A DNA stretch of 64,000 nt from an uncultured cyanobacterium (GTDB lineage: Bacteria; Cyanobacteriota; Cyanobacteriia; Cyanobacteriales; CAWUOF01), in contig CAVUSO010000001.1 of assembly GCA_963744145.1 (NCBI GenBank), positions 5,344,001-5,408,000 on the forward strand. The letters run 5' to 3'. How positions within the stretch are numbered: position 1 is the first letter of the stretch; each line of letters begins with the position of its first letter. Of this stretch, positions 44,374-55,503 are shown in pieces. The notes beneath the pieces were generated by a model that saw only the letters and a program-made list of their open reading frames with translations, did no database searches and was not told the DNA's origin. The translations under genes and the position numbers were made by a program.

Positions 44374-44736
44374 GGCAACATTCAGCTGGTGAGGAAACCT
44401 AAGTAGTAATTTGTTATACTTAAGTCTTAATTTATTTTCGAGAGCTTTGTCGTGATTTGCGACACATTTCTTCAACAAAAAGGCCAGATAAACTTTGATC
44501 TACAAGATTTGCTTGCAAATAACCATATTAGAGGGAAAACTTGATCAATTTATGGCCAGAGTTAGAACTTTGATGATCTACCTGGGCAGCCCTAAATTAG
44601 CGGCCTTCTCTTTTATATTATATTTATCTGCCGATCCGATCCAAAACAGTAGTTATACTAAAATTACACCCAAAAACCGGATCAATTGATTAAGATTCAT
44701 AACTCTGATTAACACTTAATCCGAATTATGGCAAAT

Positions 44737-44768
44737 TACCTGCCTCAGACGGGTCCTGAGGGAGGTAA
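44737..44768 (-). terminator. psbO terminator-like hairpin
   Basis: tacctgcctcag...ctgagggaggta imperfect inverted repeat just after the stop. Confidence 0.55.
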
Positions 44769-44781
44769 AAGCCAATATTAT

Positions 44782-45615
44782 TTAGGACTGTGCTGGTTGG
44801 ATGCGAGCATAAAACGTACCACTAATCTTAACTTCGAGAGCTTCTTTCGCTCCTAAGTCAGTATCAGAAGGCTGTTCACTCAGAAAAGTTCCGGCAATTT
44901 CGCCAGTGTTGCTGTCAACTTGAGCGACTTGCAGAGAGATTTTACCTTTTGTGGTTTCAAAACGCTTGCTGTTAGAACGAGTTAGTTCTTCGCTATCTGC
45001 ATGGGATGGAAGAGCAACTGCATTATCATATCCTGTGGCTAATCCACGACCTTTGGGATCAAGGAAATTAGAAGTCCGATAAGATGGGACTTTAAATTCT
45101 CCACTAAAGTCAGTTGAAGTAGTAATGCTCGATGTGTCGGGTTTGCTGCTTGCTACTAAACCTTTAATTGAGAAGAGGAAAGGTACACGCTCACCTCCAG
45201 GTAATTGAACTGTGATGGCTTGATAGTCAAATCCATCTTTTTCAAAAAAAGTTAGACTACCATCAGCTTGAGGTTTTAAATCACCTTGGACTTGAGCAAT
45301 GGTCGTAGTATATCTGGTCATCAATTTCCCAGGTACAAATTCCGCTTCTAAGCGTTTGCTCGAACTTTCTTCTTTGACCTGATAGCTAGTGGGCTGTAAA
45401 CACAATTCGCTCAAAGTGTAGGATTGGCTAGGATCAATGGGAATTGCTCCTCGAGTTGTTTCTTGAAGTTCAGGACATTTATTGGCTATTCCTGTTCCGA
45501 GAATATCATCGTAGGTCAGTTTAGCCGGATTGGCTGATGCCGGTCCTTCGCTACAAGCGGTTAATATACTTAAGCAAAATGCTAAAAAAGCAACAATTAA
45601 AGCGCGATATTTCAT
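44782..45615 (-). CDS. psbO: Photosystem II manganese-stabilising protein
   Basis: GTGIANKCP, QLPGGERVPFLF, VPSYRTSNFLDPKGRG, QPSDTDLG. Confidence 0.98.
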   Translation of the reverse strand: MKYRALIVAFLAFCLSILTACSEGPASANPAKLTYDDILGTGIANKCPELQETTRGAIPIDPSQSYTLSELCLQPTSYQVKEESSSKRLEAEFVPGKLMTRYTTTIAQVQGDLKPQADGSLTFFEKDGFDYQAITVQLPGGERVPFLFSIKGLVASSKPDTSSITTSTDFSGEFKVPSYRTSNFLDPKGRGLATGYDNAVALPSHADSEELTRSNSKRFETTKGKISLQVAQVDSNTGEIAGTFLSEQPSDTDLGAKEALEVKISGTFYARIQPAQS

Positions 45616-45908
45616 TGTAAACCTCTATCCAAAATGGGCTAAGATTCGGGGCCAGTGAAATTGTGAATCGGGGCGAAAGAGCTGATCCCTAGAGGAGACC
45701 GTGATTGGAAATGAGCGAATCACCTGAATTTGGCGATCGCTAGCTGCTCCTCATGGTCCATTAAACTGCTGCCAGATGTAGGTCTATTATTAAGAATTTC
45801 TGGAATTTTTCGGCCCGATCCCGTAAAGCATTTTACAGAAAAAAGTAACCTTATGCACAATTCATTTTTAATAGTGGATAATTGCTACTTTAGATTTCTG
45901 GTAATTTA

Positions 45909-45976
45909 TGGGACAGACAAGATGTCCGTCCCACCAGAAAAAAAAACTCTTGTGGGACAGTCATCTTGACTGTCCT
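45909..45976. repeat. Inverted pair of GGACAG-type palindromic repeats
   Basis: tgggacagacaagatgtccgtccca ... tgtgggacagtcatcttgactgtcc; homologous to 31615-31650. Confidence 0.75.
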
Positions 45977-46031
45977 AGTTATTTTTGCAAGAGATTTTTT
46001 GACTAATGAGATTTACCACTCCAGTTTGAGG

Positions 46032-46286
46032 TTAGGTATTTAATTGCTGTAACAACCAGTCATCTACGGGTTGACCATCTCGACGTTTGAGTTCAACTTC
46101 TACTACTTTGACTAAGTTTGACCCAGGTGGTGCAGGTTTTTCACGAAAATTAATCTCATACAATGCTGGATCTTGATTTCTTTCACGTAACCAATCTTGT
46201 ACCTTCATGGTGGCAAAAAATGATTGTCCTTCTGCAAACATGCGGGTAATTTGCATTTGTAAATTATAGGGCTCAAACCGAGGCAT
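46032..46286 (-). CDS. Small hypothetical protein (84 aa)
   Basis: AGGAG RBS upstream, protein-like composition, co-oriented downstream of alaS. Confidence 0.75.
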   Translation of the reverse strand: MPRFEPYNLQMQITRMFAEGQSFFATMKVQDWLRERNQDPALYEINFREKPAPPGSNLVKVVEVELKRRDGQPVDDWLLQQLNT

Positions 46287-46343
46287 ACATAACTCCTGGA
46301 TCTGATTATCTATCTTTGGGCAGAGTTGGGTCTGCCCAATTTC

Positions 46344-48992
46344 TTAATGACTTAAAGCTGACTTTAACTGACTATAGGCATATTTCAGTGCTTCTGATAA
46401 TTTGCTTGGGTCACGTCCCCCCGCTTGGGCTAAATTGGGTTTTCCCCCACCACTACCTCCACAAATTTTGGCGATCGCCCCAATAAATTTCCCAGCTTGT
46501 AATCCTGTACTATTGACACTGGGACTAAAAGCTGCGACCAAACGCACTTTATCTGGTTCAGGAATTGACCCCAAAATTACCGCTCCCTGACTACCCAATT
46601 TTTGTAACAATCGTTCAGCGACAATTTTTAAGGATTCAGGGTCAACATCAGCTAAATCAGCGACAATGATTTGGAAATCACCGATAGTTTCCACTTGATT
46701 AAGTAATTGGTCAGATTTAGCGATCGCTAAATCAGTTTTCAAGACTTCTAAATGCTTCTGAGTAGTTTTCAGTTCTCCCTGTAAAGCACTGACCCGTTCT
46801 GGTAATTCTTCTGGTTTAACCTTAAAGCGATCGCACAGTTCCCGGACTACTTGATCGCGCACTTGCAGATACTCTAACACCGATAGACCAGCCACAGCTT
46901 CAATCCGTCGCACTCCAGCCGCTACACCAGACTCAGATATAATCTTAAACAACCCAATTTCCGCTGTATTACTAACATGTGTTCCTCCGCACAATTCCAT
47001 TGATACACCAGGAAAATCCAATACTCGGACAGTTTCACCGTATTTTTCCCCAAACATCGCGATCGCACCTTGAGCTTTTGCTTGTGCTAAGGACATTTGC
47101 GTAATTTGAGCCAGATGAGCTTCACTAATCCAGGTATTTACCTGTGCTTCAATTTTTTGTAAGTCGGTTGTATTCACAGGTTTAGAACTATTAAAATCAA
47201 ACCTCAGTCGCTCAACCGTTACCAATGAACCAGCTTGAGATATATTCGGATCAACTATTTTCTTCAAAGCTGCTTGTAATAGATGGGTTGCTGTATGATG
47301 AGCTTGAATTCGACGACGACTAGCTTGATCAATCTGAGCCGTTACTACATCATTGACTCCTAATGTACCACGTTCAATCCGACCAAAATGAATAAAAAAA
47401 TCGGCTTCTTTTTGTACATCTTCAATCTGCACTAAAACATCCGCACCAGTTAGATAACCTCGATCACCAATTTGCCCTCCCGATTCAGCATAAAAAGGTG
47501 TACGATCTAAGATAATTTGCACCTGATTTCCCGCTGATACAACTGGTTCAGATTTACCATCAATCAGGATCATTTCTACTTTTGCGATCGCTTGGGTGTG
47601 ATCATATCCTACAAACTCAGTAGCTGACATATTTTCGGCTAACTGAGCTAAGGAACCTTGCACAGTCAGATCAATAGTTTCGTGAGCTGCTTGCGATCGC
47701 TGAGTTTGTGCTTCCATTGCTGTTTCATACCCAGTCACATCAACCGTAAATCCTTGTTCCTGGGCAATTTCCTGAGTTAATTCTAAAGGAAAACCGTAGG
47801 TATCATAGAGAGTAAAAGCATCCCGACCATCAATTTGACTGGTTCCTGCTTGCTTGACTCGCTCTAAAATTTCTGATAGTAATTTTTCACCTCTTTCTAA
47901 AGTTTTCAGAAATTGAGATTCTTCTCGTTGCAATTCTGCTTTAATCGCTGTTTCTTTTTGACGAACTTGGGGATAAGCGCTTTCTGACAACTCGATCGCT
48001 GTTTCTGCTACTTGAGTAGTAAATTCCTCGGAAATCCCAATCAATCTACCATGACGTACTACTCGACGAATTAATCGACGTAACACATAACCTCTGCCCA
48101 CATTAGATGCCCGAATTTCATCCGCAATCATGTGGACGATCGCTCGAATATGGTCTCCAATTACTTTCAGTGAAACTTTCGTTTTATCGTCGGCTTTAGT
48201 ATAGTCAATCTGAGCAATTTCCGCTGCGGTTTTGATAATTGGTAAAATTAGATCGGTTTCATAATTATTCGGCACTTTTTGGAGAATTTGTGCCATCCGT
48301 TCTAATCCCATTCCCGTATCAATATTTTTGCTTTGGAGGGGAGTTAAGTTTCCTTCGCTATCACGATTATATTGCATGAACACCAGATTATAAAATTCGA
48401 TAAATCTGGTGTCATCTTCTAGATCAATATCAGCGTTACCTTGTTCTGGGTGAAAATCATAGTAGATTTCTGAACATGGACCACAAGGACCAGTGGGACC
48501 AGAGACCCAGAAATTATCTGCTTCTCCCATCCGTTTAATTCTTTCTGGGACTACCCCAATGCGATCGCGCCAAATTGCATAAGCTTCATCATCTTCAACA
48601 AAAACACTCACTACCAGATTGTCTGGGGATAAACCAAATATTTTGGTCGATAGTTCCCAACCCCAAATAATTGCTTGTTCTTTGAAATAGTCTCCAAAAC
48701 TAAAGTTACCGAGCATTTCAAAGAAAGTATGATGTCTGGCTGTGTGCCCGACATTTTCGATATCATTAGTACGAATACATTTTTGGGAAGTAGTAGCGCG
48801 TTTAAATTCACTAATTCTCTGTCCAAGGAAAATTGGTTTAAATGGCAACATTCCGGCAATTGTTAATAGTACCGTCGGATCTTCAGGTACTAAGGATGCA
48901 CTCGGCAGAATTTGGTGTCCTCGCTCGGCAAAAAAGTCGAGAAATTTTTGTCGAATGTCACTACCGCTAAGAAATTGGGGAGAGGAAGGCAT
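46344..48992 (-). CDS. alaS: Alanine--tRNA ligase
   Basis: [64 protein letters not shown]. Confidence 0.98.
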   Translation of the reverse strand: MPSSPQFLSGSDIRQKFLDFFAERGHQILPSASLVPEDPTVLLTIAGMLPFKPIFLGQRISEFKRATTSQKCIRTNDIENVGHTARHHTFFEMLGNFSFGDYFKEQAIIWGWELSTKIFGLSPDNLVVSVFVEDDEAYAIWRDRIGVVPERIKRMGEADNFWVSGPTGPCGPCSEIYYDFHPEQGNADIDLEDDTRFIEFYNLVFMQYNRDSEGNLTPLQSKNIDTGMGLERMAQILQKVPNNYETDLILPIIKTAAEIAQIDYTKADDKTKVSLKVIGDHIRAIVHMIADEIRASNVGRGYVLRRLIRRVVRHGRLIGISEEFTTQVAETAIELSESAYPQVRQKETAIKAELQREESQFLKTLERGEKLLSEILERVKQAGTSQIDGRDAFTLYDTYGFPLELTQEIAQEQGFTVDVTGYETAMEAQTQRSQAAHETIDLTVQGSLAQLAENMSATEFVGYDHTQAIAKVEMILIDGKSEPVVSAGNQVQIILDRTPFYAESGGQIGDRGYLTGADVLVQIEDVQKEADFFIHFGRIERGTLGVNDVVTAQIDQASRRRIQAHHTATHLLQAALKKIVDPNISQAGSLVTVERLRFDFNSSKPVNTTDLQKIEAQVNTWISEAHLAQITQMSLAQAKAQGAIAMFGEKYGETVRVLDFPGVSMELCGGTHVSNTAEIGLFKIISESGVAAGVRRIEAVAGLSVLEYLQVRDQVVRELCDRFKVKPEELPERVSALQGELKTTQKHLEVLKTDLAIAKSDQLLNQVETIGDFQIIVADLADVDPESLKIVAERLLQKLGSQGAVILGSIPEPDKVRLVAAFSPSVNSTGLQAGKFIGAIAKICGGSGGGKPNLAQAGGRDPSKLSEALKYAYSQLKSALSH

Positions 48993-49128
48993 AGTTTAGA
49001 TCAGCAATGTTGGTCAACTAGACATCTATTTTCACATTTTGGTTCAAGTTCCAGCCACTTGATTTATGTCAAATTTTCACTCAATGTAAACATAAATTAA
49101 GGTAGCGCCAACTAGCCAGCAAAAAGTT

Positions 49129-49177
49129 TAAATTAATGTAAATAACTATTGTAGTTTCAGAGATGGTCTGTTAGGTT
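49129..49177 (+). promoter_or_regulatory. Promoter 1 of the alaS-mutL spacer (TTGTAG-17-TAGGTT with extended TG) and a partial HLR1 box
   Basis: Shares the identical 19-mer TAAATTAATGTAAATAACT and identical spacing with promoter 2. Confidence 0.6.
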
Positions 49178-49183
49178 AATAAT

Positions 49184-49468
49184 TATAGATAAGAGGGCAA
49201 GAAAAAAGGAGGAAAAACCAAGGCTGTTGCAGTTTAATGTCCATGATCACGAACCTAATCGCAGTATTCGCGCTAGCATAGTGGGTAATGGCAAAAAGCC
49301 TTGAGTGTCTAGGGCATAGTCAAACCAAAGTCCAGAAAGACTTAACTATGCACAATCTGATCAAGTTATAGCTGCGAAGTAAGTTCACTTGTTGATGGTT
49401 AATTTTGGAAAAATCTCAATTCTTACCTAATCGCCAGCCCAGTCCAACTTGACTGGGCTTGAGTTTTT
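49184..49468 (+). ncRNA. Candidate sRNA 1
   Basis: Promoter upstream; stems CAAGGC/GCCTTG and GCATAGT/ACTATGC; terminator AGCCCAGTC/GACTGGGCT plus T-rich tail; no substantial ORF. Confidence 0.5.
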
Positions 49469-49493
49469 GGGGAGAAATTCGGGGCGATCGCCA

Positions 49494-49546
49494 AATGTAA
49501 ATTAATGTAAATAACTCTTGGCAATAATTAGCGATAGTGCTAAGTT
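49494..49546 (+). promoter_or_regulatory. Promoter 2 with a perfect HLR1 (RpaB) box
   Basis: Minus strand 49494-49511 reads TTTACATT-AA-TTTACATT; then TTGGCA-17-TAAGTT with extended TG. Confidence 0.65.
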
Positions 49547-49552
49547 AATAGT

Positions 49553-49865
49553 AGAGATCAATCAGCTCGAAAGAAAAAACGAGCAACCCAAAAGGTCTAG
49601 GCGTGGTCTCTCCGGTCTAAGACCAGATCGTAACAGCAATGAAAGTAAAGTGGAAAAGGCTAAAGACCCCTAGTTAGATAGGGCGAGGCGATCAGTCCGA
49701 TTAGGACATCACTTGTAAGAATGTTATAGTTGCCAAGTTGCGATAATTTGTAAACCCTTAGCAAGCTGACCGTTAACAAATCTCTGGTATTGTCTCCAAT
49801 TGAACAATTTTGTCATTGATTTTCCACCGGGCTTAGTTACCGTTAACTAAGCCCGTTGAGTGTTG
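49553..49865 (+). ncRNA. Candidate sRNA 2
   Basis: Hairpins GCTCG/CGAGC, TGGTCT/AGACCA, CCCTA/TAGGG; 12-bp terminal stem CGGGCTTAGTTA/TAACTAAGCCCG. Confidence 0.5.
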
Positions 49866-49895
49866 GCGGCAATAATTAATTATCAGATCAAGTAA

Positions 49896-51632
49896 ATGGG
49901 CTCTACCATCCAACCCTTACCCGTAGAAGTAGTAAATCTGATTGCTGCGGGTGAAGTAATTGATTCTTTAGCCGCAGTAGTACGAGAATTAGTAGAAAAT
50001 GCGATCGATGCAGGTGCCACCAGAATAGTTGTTTCTGTGTGGCCCGAGCTTTGGCGGGTCAGAGTAGCTGATAATGGAATGGGAATGGATTTAGCAGATT
50101 TACAGCAAGCGGCGATCGCCCATAGTACCAGCAAAATTCATCATCGTGAAGATTTATGGAAAATTACCAGTTTAGGATTTCGGGGTGAAGCTTTACATAG
50201 TTTAACTCAATTAGCAGAACTGGAGATAATTAGCCGGAAAATTAACAGTCCGGAAGCTTGGCGGGTCGTTTATAATGCCCAAGGAGAGACAATTGAGGTA
50301 GAACCAGCAGCGATCGCACCTGGGACGATCGTCACAATCTCAAATTTATTCGGTAGTTGGACAATTCGTCGTCAAGGATTACCAACACCAGCACAACAAC
50401 TGCGAACAGTTCAAGCGACAATTAATCAAATTGCCATTTGTCATCCGCAGATTACTTGGAAAATTCAACAGGAATTTCGTGATTGGTTTACAATTAGTCC
50501 TGGGATTACCGCTCAACATATTCTCCCACAAATTATTCGTGATGTTAGCTTTAGTGACTTGCAACAGTTAAAAATTAAAGTTCCAAGTGGGCATGAGAAT
50601 CAATTATTAACCGATGATTTTATTACTGAATCGACCAGCACTACAGAACCAAAGTCTGATGCAGAAATTGAAGTAATTCTAGGTTTACCAGATCGATGTC
50701 ATCGACGCAGACCGGATTGGGTAAAAGTAGCAGTGAATAAAAGGATTGTGCGATCGCCAGAGTTAGAACAAATTTTAATTAATGGGTTTGCTCGGACCTT
50801 ACCGCGCGATCGCTATCCCCTCTGTTTTCTCCATCTGGAAATTTGCCCAAGTCAAATTGATTGGAATCGACATCCAGCTAAAACCGAAATCTACCTACAT
50901 CACCTTAGTTATTGGCAAACCCAAATAGCGAGTGTAATTGAACAAGCTTTACGCTTAAATCAAGAAACCATTACGGAAACAGCTCTAACTGGGCAAGTAA
51001 GTAAATTAATCAAAGCTGCCGAAGCCAAGAGCGGTTATCATGTCAACCGTACTATCACTAATACTAGCACAGATCGTCAGGGTTGGCCAGGGATAGAACT
51101 ACGTGCGATCGCCCAAGTTCGCCAGACCTATATTTTAGCAGAATATCCGGATGGAGCCTGGTTAGTAGAGCAACATATTGCACATGAGCGCGTCTTATAT
51201 GAACAGTTATGCGATCGCTGGCAATTAGTCTCTCTCGAACCACCGATAATTTTGAATCAACTATCTCCAGCTCAATTAGATCAACTACAACGAATTGGAA
51301 TCGAAGTGGAACCCTTTGGGGAACAACTTTGGGCAGTACGCAATGCTCCGGAGAGTCTGGTCCGCAGAGCCGATTGTTCACCAGCGCTATTAGAACTAAG
51401 TTTAGGAGGTGACTTACAAACCGCTCAAGTAGCTACAGCTTGTCGTACTGCCATTCGTAATGGTACTAAGCTTAACCTAGAAGAAATGCAAACTTTATTA
51501 AACCAATGGCAACAGACACGGAATCCGCGGACTTGTCCCCATGGACGTCCAATTTATTTATCATTAGCAGAGTCCCATCTTGCTCGTTTTTTTCGCCGAC
51601 ATTGGGTAATTGGCAAAAGTCATGGTATTTAA
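49896..51632 (+). CDS. mutL: DNA mismatch repair endonuclease MutL
   Basis: IAAGEVI, ELVENAIDAGA, SLGFRGEAL, EQHIAHERVLYE, ACR, CPHGRP. Confidence 0.97.
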   Translation: MGSTIQPLPVEVVNLIAAGEVIDSLAAVVRELVENAIDAGATRIVVSVWPELWRVRVADNGMGMDLADLQQAAIAHSTSKIHHREDLWKITSLGFRGEALHSLTQLAELEIISRKINSPEAWRVVYNAQGETIEVEPAAIAPGTIVTISNLFGSWTIRRQGLPTPAQQLRTVQATINQIAICHPQITWKIQQEFRDWFTISPGITAQHILPQIIRDVSFSDLQQLKIKVPSGHENQLLTDDFITESTSTTEPKSDAEIEVILGLPDRCHRRRPDWVKVAVNKRIVRSPELEQILINGFARTLPRDRYPLCFLHLEICPSQIDWNRHPAKTEIYLHHLSYWQTQIASVIEQALRLNQETITETALTGQVSKLIKAAEAKSGYHVNRTITNTSTDRQGWPGIELRAIAQVRQTYILAEYPDGAWLVEQHIAHERVLYEQLCDRWQLVSLEPPIILNQLSPAQLDQLQRIGIEVEPFGEQLWAVRNAPESLVRRADCSPALLELSLGGDLQTAQVATACRTAIRNGTKLNLEEMQTLLNQWQQTRNPRTCPHGRPIYLSLAESHLARFFRRHWVIGKSHGI

Positions 51633-51682
51633 TTAGTGGTTAGTTGTTGTGTTAGTTTTGCAAAAAAAAGGTAAATAGACAA

Positions 51683-52474
51683 ATGACCAAAGCTCTAGCA
51701 TCTCTCAAGAATAACATTTGGTTTCGGATTTCTATTTATGTCAATATTTTTCTCATTTATGCTATTGGTTACTCGGCTTATAAGCTCGGTCTGATCGACC
51801 AGTTTGTATCTAATGTGATGCAGATGAATCCTCAAATAGTTAATAGTATGGCTGCGTACTTAGTACCAGGAGATAATCTCAGCTCTACTCCCTGGTGGCA
51901 AGATGAAGTCAAAAATCAAGTTTTAATCACGCAAACTAAAAAATATAATGCCTGTTTATTTGGAGATTCAATCTCTTCGATGTTGGGAAATACCCTGGGG
52001 AATAATAATTTTAATTTTTCCTTATCAGGGATGAGTACGGTTTCTCTAATTGAACAACTAAAAATTTTAAATAATGCTCAGGTAAAATGCGATCGGGCTA
52101 TTATTGCGATCGGTACTAATGATGCTGCTTATGCGATCGAAGATGAGCCATTTGTGAATAATATGAAAGATATAATTGCCAAAGTGAGACAGATGGGGGC
52201 AAGCCGAATCACTCTAATTCCTGCGTTTTATTCAACCCTAGAAGCTAGCTTCAATCCAGGTCTTGCGGGAACAATTACTAGAGTAGAAGAAATTAATGCT
52301 CTGATTCGTCAGGTAGCAGTGAGTGAAAATGTTTTGGTATCGGTCGAAACAATTAAACCTTTATTTAAGGAACAAGAGTTAAAATCAAATTTGACCATAG
52401 ACGGAGTTCATCTGAATGCTGATGGTAGAGATATTTATCGAAAATCGTTATTAAAAATAATTGGTGGTTCATAA
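51683..52474 (+). CDS. SGNH/GDSL hydrolase, copy 1 (N-terminal TM anchor)
   Basis: FGDS, IAIGTND, DGVH blocks. Confidence 0.88.
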   Translation: MTKALASLKNNIWFRISIYVNIFLIYAIGYSAYKLGLIDQFVSNVMQMNPQIVNSMAAYLVPGDNLSSTPWWQDEVKNQVLITQTKKYNACLFGDSISSMLGNTLGNNNFNFSLSGMSTVSLIEQLKILNNAQVKCDRAIIAIGTNDAAYAIEDEPFVNNMKDIIAKVRQMGASRITLIPAFYSTLEASFNPGLAGTITRVEEINALIRQVAVSENVLVSVETIKPLFKEQELKSNLTIDGVHLNADGRDIYRKSLLKIIGGS

Positions 52475-52625
52475 AATGATCGGAGGGTAATCAAGTTAGA
52501 GTCGGAGTAAATCAGCATAAAATTATCTAGCTAAATGCTACTAATCTGGTAAACTAGTATAGATTTATGGTATTTAATTAAGTATTAGTGCTATTACTTT
52601 CGCATCTAAAAAGGTAAATTAGCCC

Positions 52626-53414
52626 ATGACAAAATGTCGAAAACCAATCAAAACTAACATCTGGGTCAAGATTTCAGTGCATTTGCATATTTTTCTGATC
52701 TATATGATTGGTTACTCAGCTAATCGACTCGGTATTCTGGATGCTAACTTATCTAAGGTATTTCCGCTCAACCTAGAAATAGTTAGTAGTGCTGTTGCGT
52801 CCTCAGTACCAGGAGATCATCTCACTGATGACCCAGCGTGGCAAGATCAAGTCCAATATGAAGTTTTCCTAACTCAAAATAAAAAATATAATGCTTGCTT
52901 GTTTGGAGACTCTATCTCTTTTACACTTGGTAATAACTTGGGAGATCATAATTTCAACTTTGCCCTCCCATCAGCGATGAGTACCGTTTCTCTAATTGAA
53001 CAACTCAAAATCTTAAATAATGGTAACTTAAAATGTGATCATGCGATTATTGCGATCGGCACCAATGATGCTGCTGATGCGATCGAAGATCAGCAATTTA
53101 TCAGCAATATGCAGAATGTAATTAGCCAAGTAAGACAGATGGGGGCAAATCGAATCACTCTGATTCCAGCTTTTTACTCAACTTTAGCAGCAATCAACAA
53201 CCATCAAGCCGGAACCATCAGTAGAGTAGAACAAATTAACACTTTGATTGGTTATATAGCAGCCAAGGAAAAGGTAAAAGTTGCCGCAGCAGTAATTCAA
53301 CCTTTATTTACTCAACAAACATTAAATCCAAATTTCACTATAGATGGATTTAATCTAAATGTAGATGGTCGAAAAATCTATCGAGCATCCTTATTAAACA
53401 TGATCGCAGAGTGA
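52626..53414 (+). CDS. SGNH/GDSL hydrolase, copy 2 (catalytic His replaced: DGFN)
   Basis: FGDS and IAIGTND present; block V reads DGFNL. Confidence 0.85.
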   Translation: MTKCRKPIKTNIWVKISVHLHIFLIYMIGYSANRLGILDANLSKVFPLNLEIVSSAVASSVPGDHLTDDPAWQDQVQYEVFLTQNKKYNACLFGDSISFTLGNNLGDHNFNFALPSAMSTVSLIEQLKILNNGNLKCDHAIIAIGTNDAADAIEDQQFISNMQNVISQVRQMGANRITLIPAFYSTLAAINNHQAGTISRVEQINTLIGYIAAKEKVKVAAAVIQPLFTQQTLNPNFTIDGFNLNVDGRKIYRASLLNMIAE

Positions 53415-53466
53415 GCAAATTAGAGTCAGAATGAAAAGATGATATTAAACCTAGTAAGATAGAACT

Positions 53467-54186
53467 ATGAAAAGAAAACTTTTAGCGATCGCTCTGAGTC
53501 CGGTACTAATATCTTCATTAGTTACCCCAGTTAAAGCTGCAAATAGGCTCGAACTTAAACAATCACGAGAAATATTAGTCGCACATCTATCTCTCATTGA
53601 GACTCCTTGGTGGCAAGATGAAGTCAAATATCAAGTTTTTCTGACTCAAAATCAACAATTAAATGCCTGTTTATTTGGAGACTCTCTTTCTTCCTGGTTA
53701 TGGAATACCCTGGGAAAGAATAATTTTAATTTTTCCTTATCGGAAATGAGTACCATTTCTCTTACTGAACAACTAAAAATATTACATAACGCTAAGGTAA
53801 GATGCAATCACGCGATCATTGCGATCGGCACCAATGATGCTTCTTATCCGACGATGACAGGTGAACAATTTTTCCTGAATCTGAAAAATATTATCATGCA
53901 AGTGAGGAGTATGGGGGCAACCCGAATCACTCTAATTCCAGCTTTTTACTCAACCTTAGCAGCAATCAACAAGCATTATGCAGGAACAGTTGCCAGAATA
54001 GAAGAAATGAACTATCTGATTCGTCTGATCGGAGTCAGTGAAAATGTCATAGTTGCCGAAACAGCAATTCAACCCTTATTTACCCAACAATCATTAAAAT
54101 CAAATTTCACACTTGATGGAGTTCATCTCAATGCTGATGGGAAAAAACTCTATCGAGAATCCTTGTTAAAAATTATTGGGGAATAA
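53467..54186 (+). CDS. SGNH/GDSL hydrolase, copy 3 (cleavable-type signal peptide)
   Basis: FGDS, IAIGTND, DGVH; N-terminus homologous to the downstream pentapeptide protein leader. Confidence 0.88.
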   Translation: MKRKLLAIALSPVLISSLVTPVKAANRLELKQSREILVAHLSLIETPWWQDEVKYQVFLTQNQQLNACLFGDSLSSWLWNTLGKNNFNFSLSEMSTISLTEQLKILHNAKVRCNHAIIAIGTNDASYPTMTGEQFFLNLKNIIMQVRSMGATRITLIPAFYSTLAAINKHYAGTVARIEEMNYLIRLIGVSENVIVAETAIQPLFTQQSLKSNFTLDGVHLNADGKKLYRESLLKIIGE

Positions 54187-54237
54187 GCAAATTTGGGGAA
54201 GAGTAGAATAGTCTTAAATCTAGTAATATGTAGGTAT

Positions 54238-55357
54238 ATGCAAAGAAAATTTTTAGCGATCGCTGCTAGTTCAGTCCTAATCTGCTGGTTAGCTACCCCA
54301 GCTCAAGGAGCAAATAGTCTCCAGGTTAAACAGTTACGGGATACCAATAAATGTCCAAGATGTGATTTAAGTAGTGCCCATCTGGGTGGACTGGATCTGA
54401 GTGGAGCAGATTTAACCGAAGCTAATCTAAGTGATGCTGATTTAGTAGGAACTAATTTAACCGGTGCTAAACTATGGAATGCTAACTTAGTCAAAGCTGA
54501 TTTAAGAGGTGCTATTTTAGCAGTAGCAAATTTAGAAAGAGCTCAACTAGGAAGTGCCAAATTCTGGGGTGCTGATCTGAGAGGAATTAACCTCAATTAC
54601 GCTAAATTAGGAAGAGCGAACCTTAAGGGTGTCGATCTCAGAGAAGCGAAATTAATTAATGCTAAGTTAACTTTTACTAATTTAATCGAAGCTAACCTCA
54701 AAGGTGCCCAGCTAAATGCGGCTGATTTAAGTAATGCTAACCTGAATATGGCTGACTTAGAAAGTACCGATTTGGATGGTGCTAATCTCACTGGTGCAGA
54801 TTTAAGACAAACTTATTTAGGTGATAGTAATTTACGTGGTGCCACTCTGATCGGTGCCAAACTTCAGGGTGCAACTTTAGTAGCAGCTAGTTTAGCTTCA
54901 ACTAAGTTAAATTTAGCAGATTCTGAGTTTAGCAAAATTAGCAGATGCGAATCTCAGTGGTGCTGATTTAACTGGAGCAAATTTAGCAAATGCAGACTTA
55001 AGAAAAGCGATTTTAAGTAAAGCCAATCTCACGGGGGCTAATTTGACTGGTGCTAAACTTATTAAGGCTTATTTATATACGGCTAATTTATTGACAGCAA
55101 ACTTAAATAAAGCCGATCTCAGTGGTGCTAATTTAACTCAAGCAATTTTGAAATTAGCAAACTTAAAAGGTGCAAATTTAGCAGGTGCTGATTTAACTCA
55201 GGCTGATTTAACTCAAGCAAATTTAAGGTTAGCTAATTTAAACGAAGCTAATCTCACTAATGCTAATCTAACCAATGCTAATTTGAGGGATACGGATTTT
55301 ACCTCAACTAACTTAACTGGTACTAATGTCACTGGGACACTTTTAAGCGATCGCTAG
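54238..55357 (+). CDS. Exported pentapeptide repeat protein; one +1 frameshift at ~54921 splits it into two ORFs
   Basis: Signal peptide, CPRCDL, A(D/N)Lxx repeats; removing one T in GCAGATTCTG restores LADLSLAKLADANLSGAD and joins ORF 55043-55357. Confidence 0.85.
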
Positions 55358-55503
55358 TTTTCCCAGATTGATTGAGACTAACAAGCAGCGATTATCCGGA
55401 CAGAAAGAGGACTTCAGCAATTAAATCCTGTGGGACAACAGACGGAGTAAAAATTATGGGTAAGTTGGCAAAACGCGAGATTAGTTAATTCTAAACCTGA
55501 TTT

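Noticed and set aside
49236..49280. 14-aa hydrophobic peptide MSMITNLIAVFALA in candidate sRNA 1
   Set aside because: The AGGAGG is more than 20 nt upstream and unit 2 has no counterpart; not excluded, but unsupported.
49360..49740. GTTATAG(C/T)TGC motifs as type II CRISPR repeat or tracrRNA
   Set aside because: Only two short imperfect matches ~360 bp apart; no array and no cas9.
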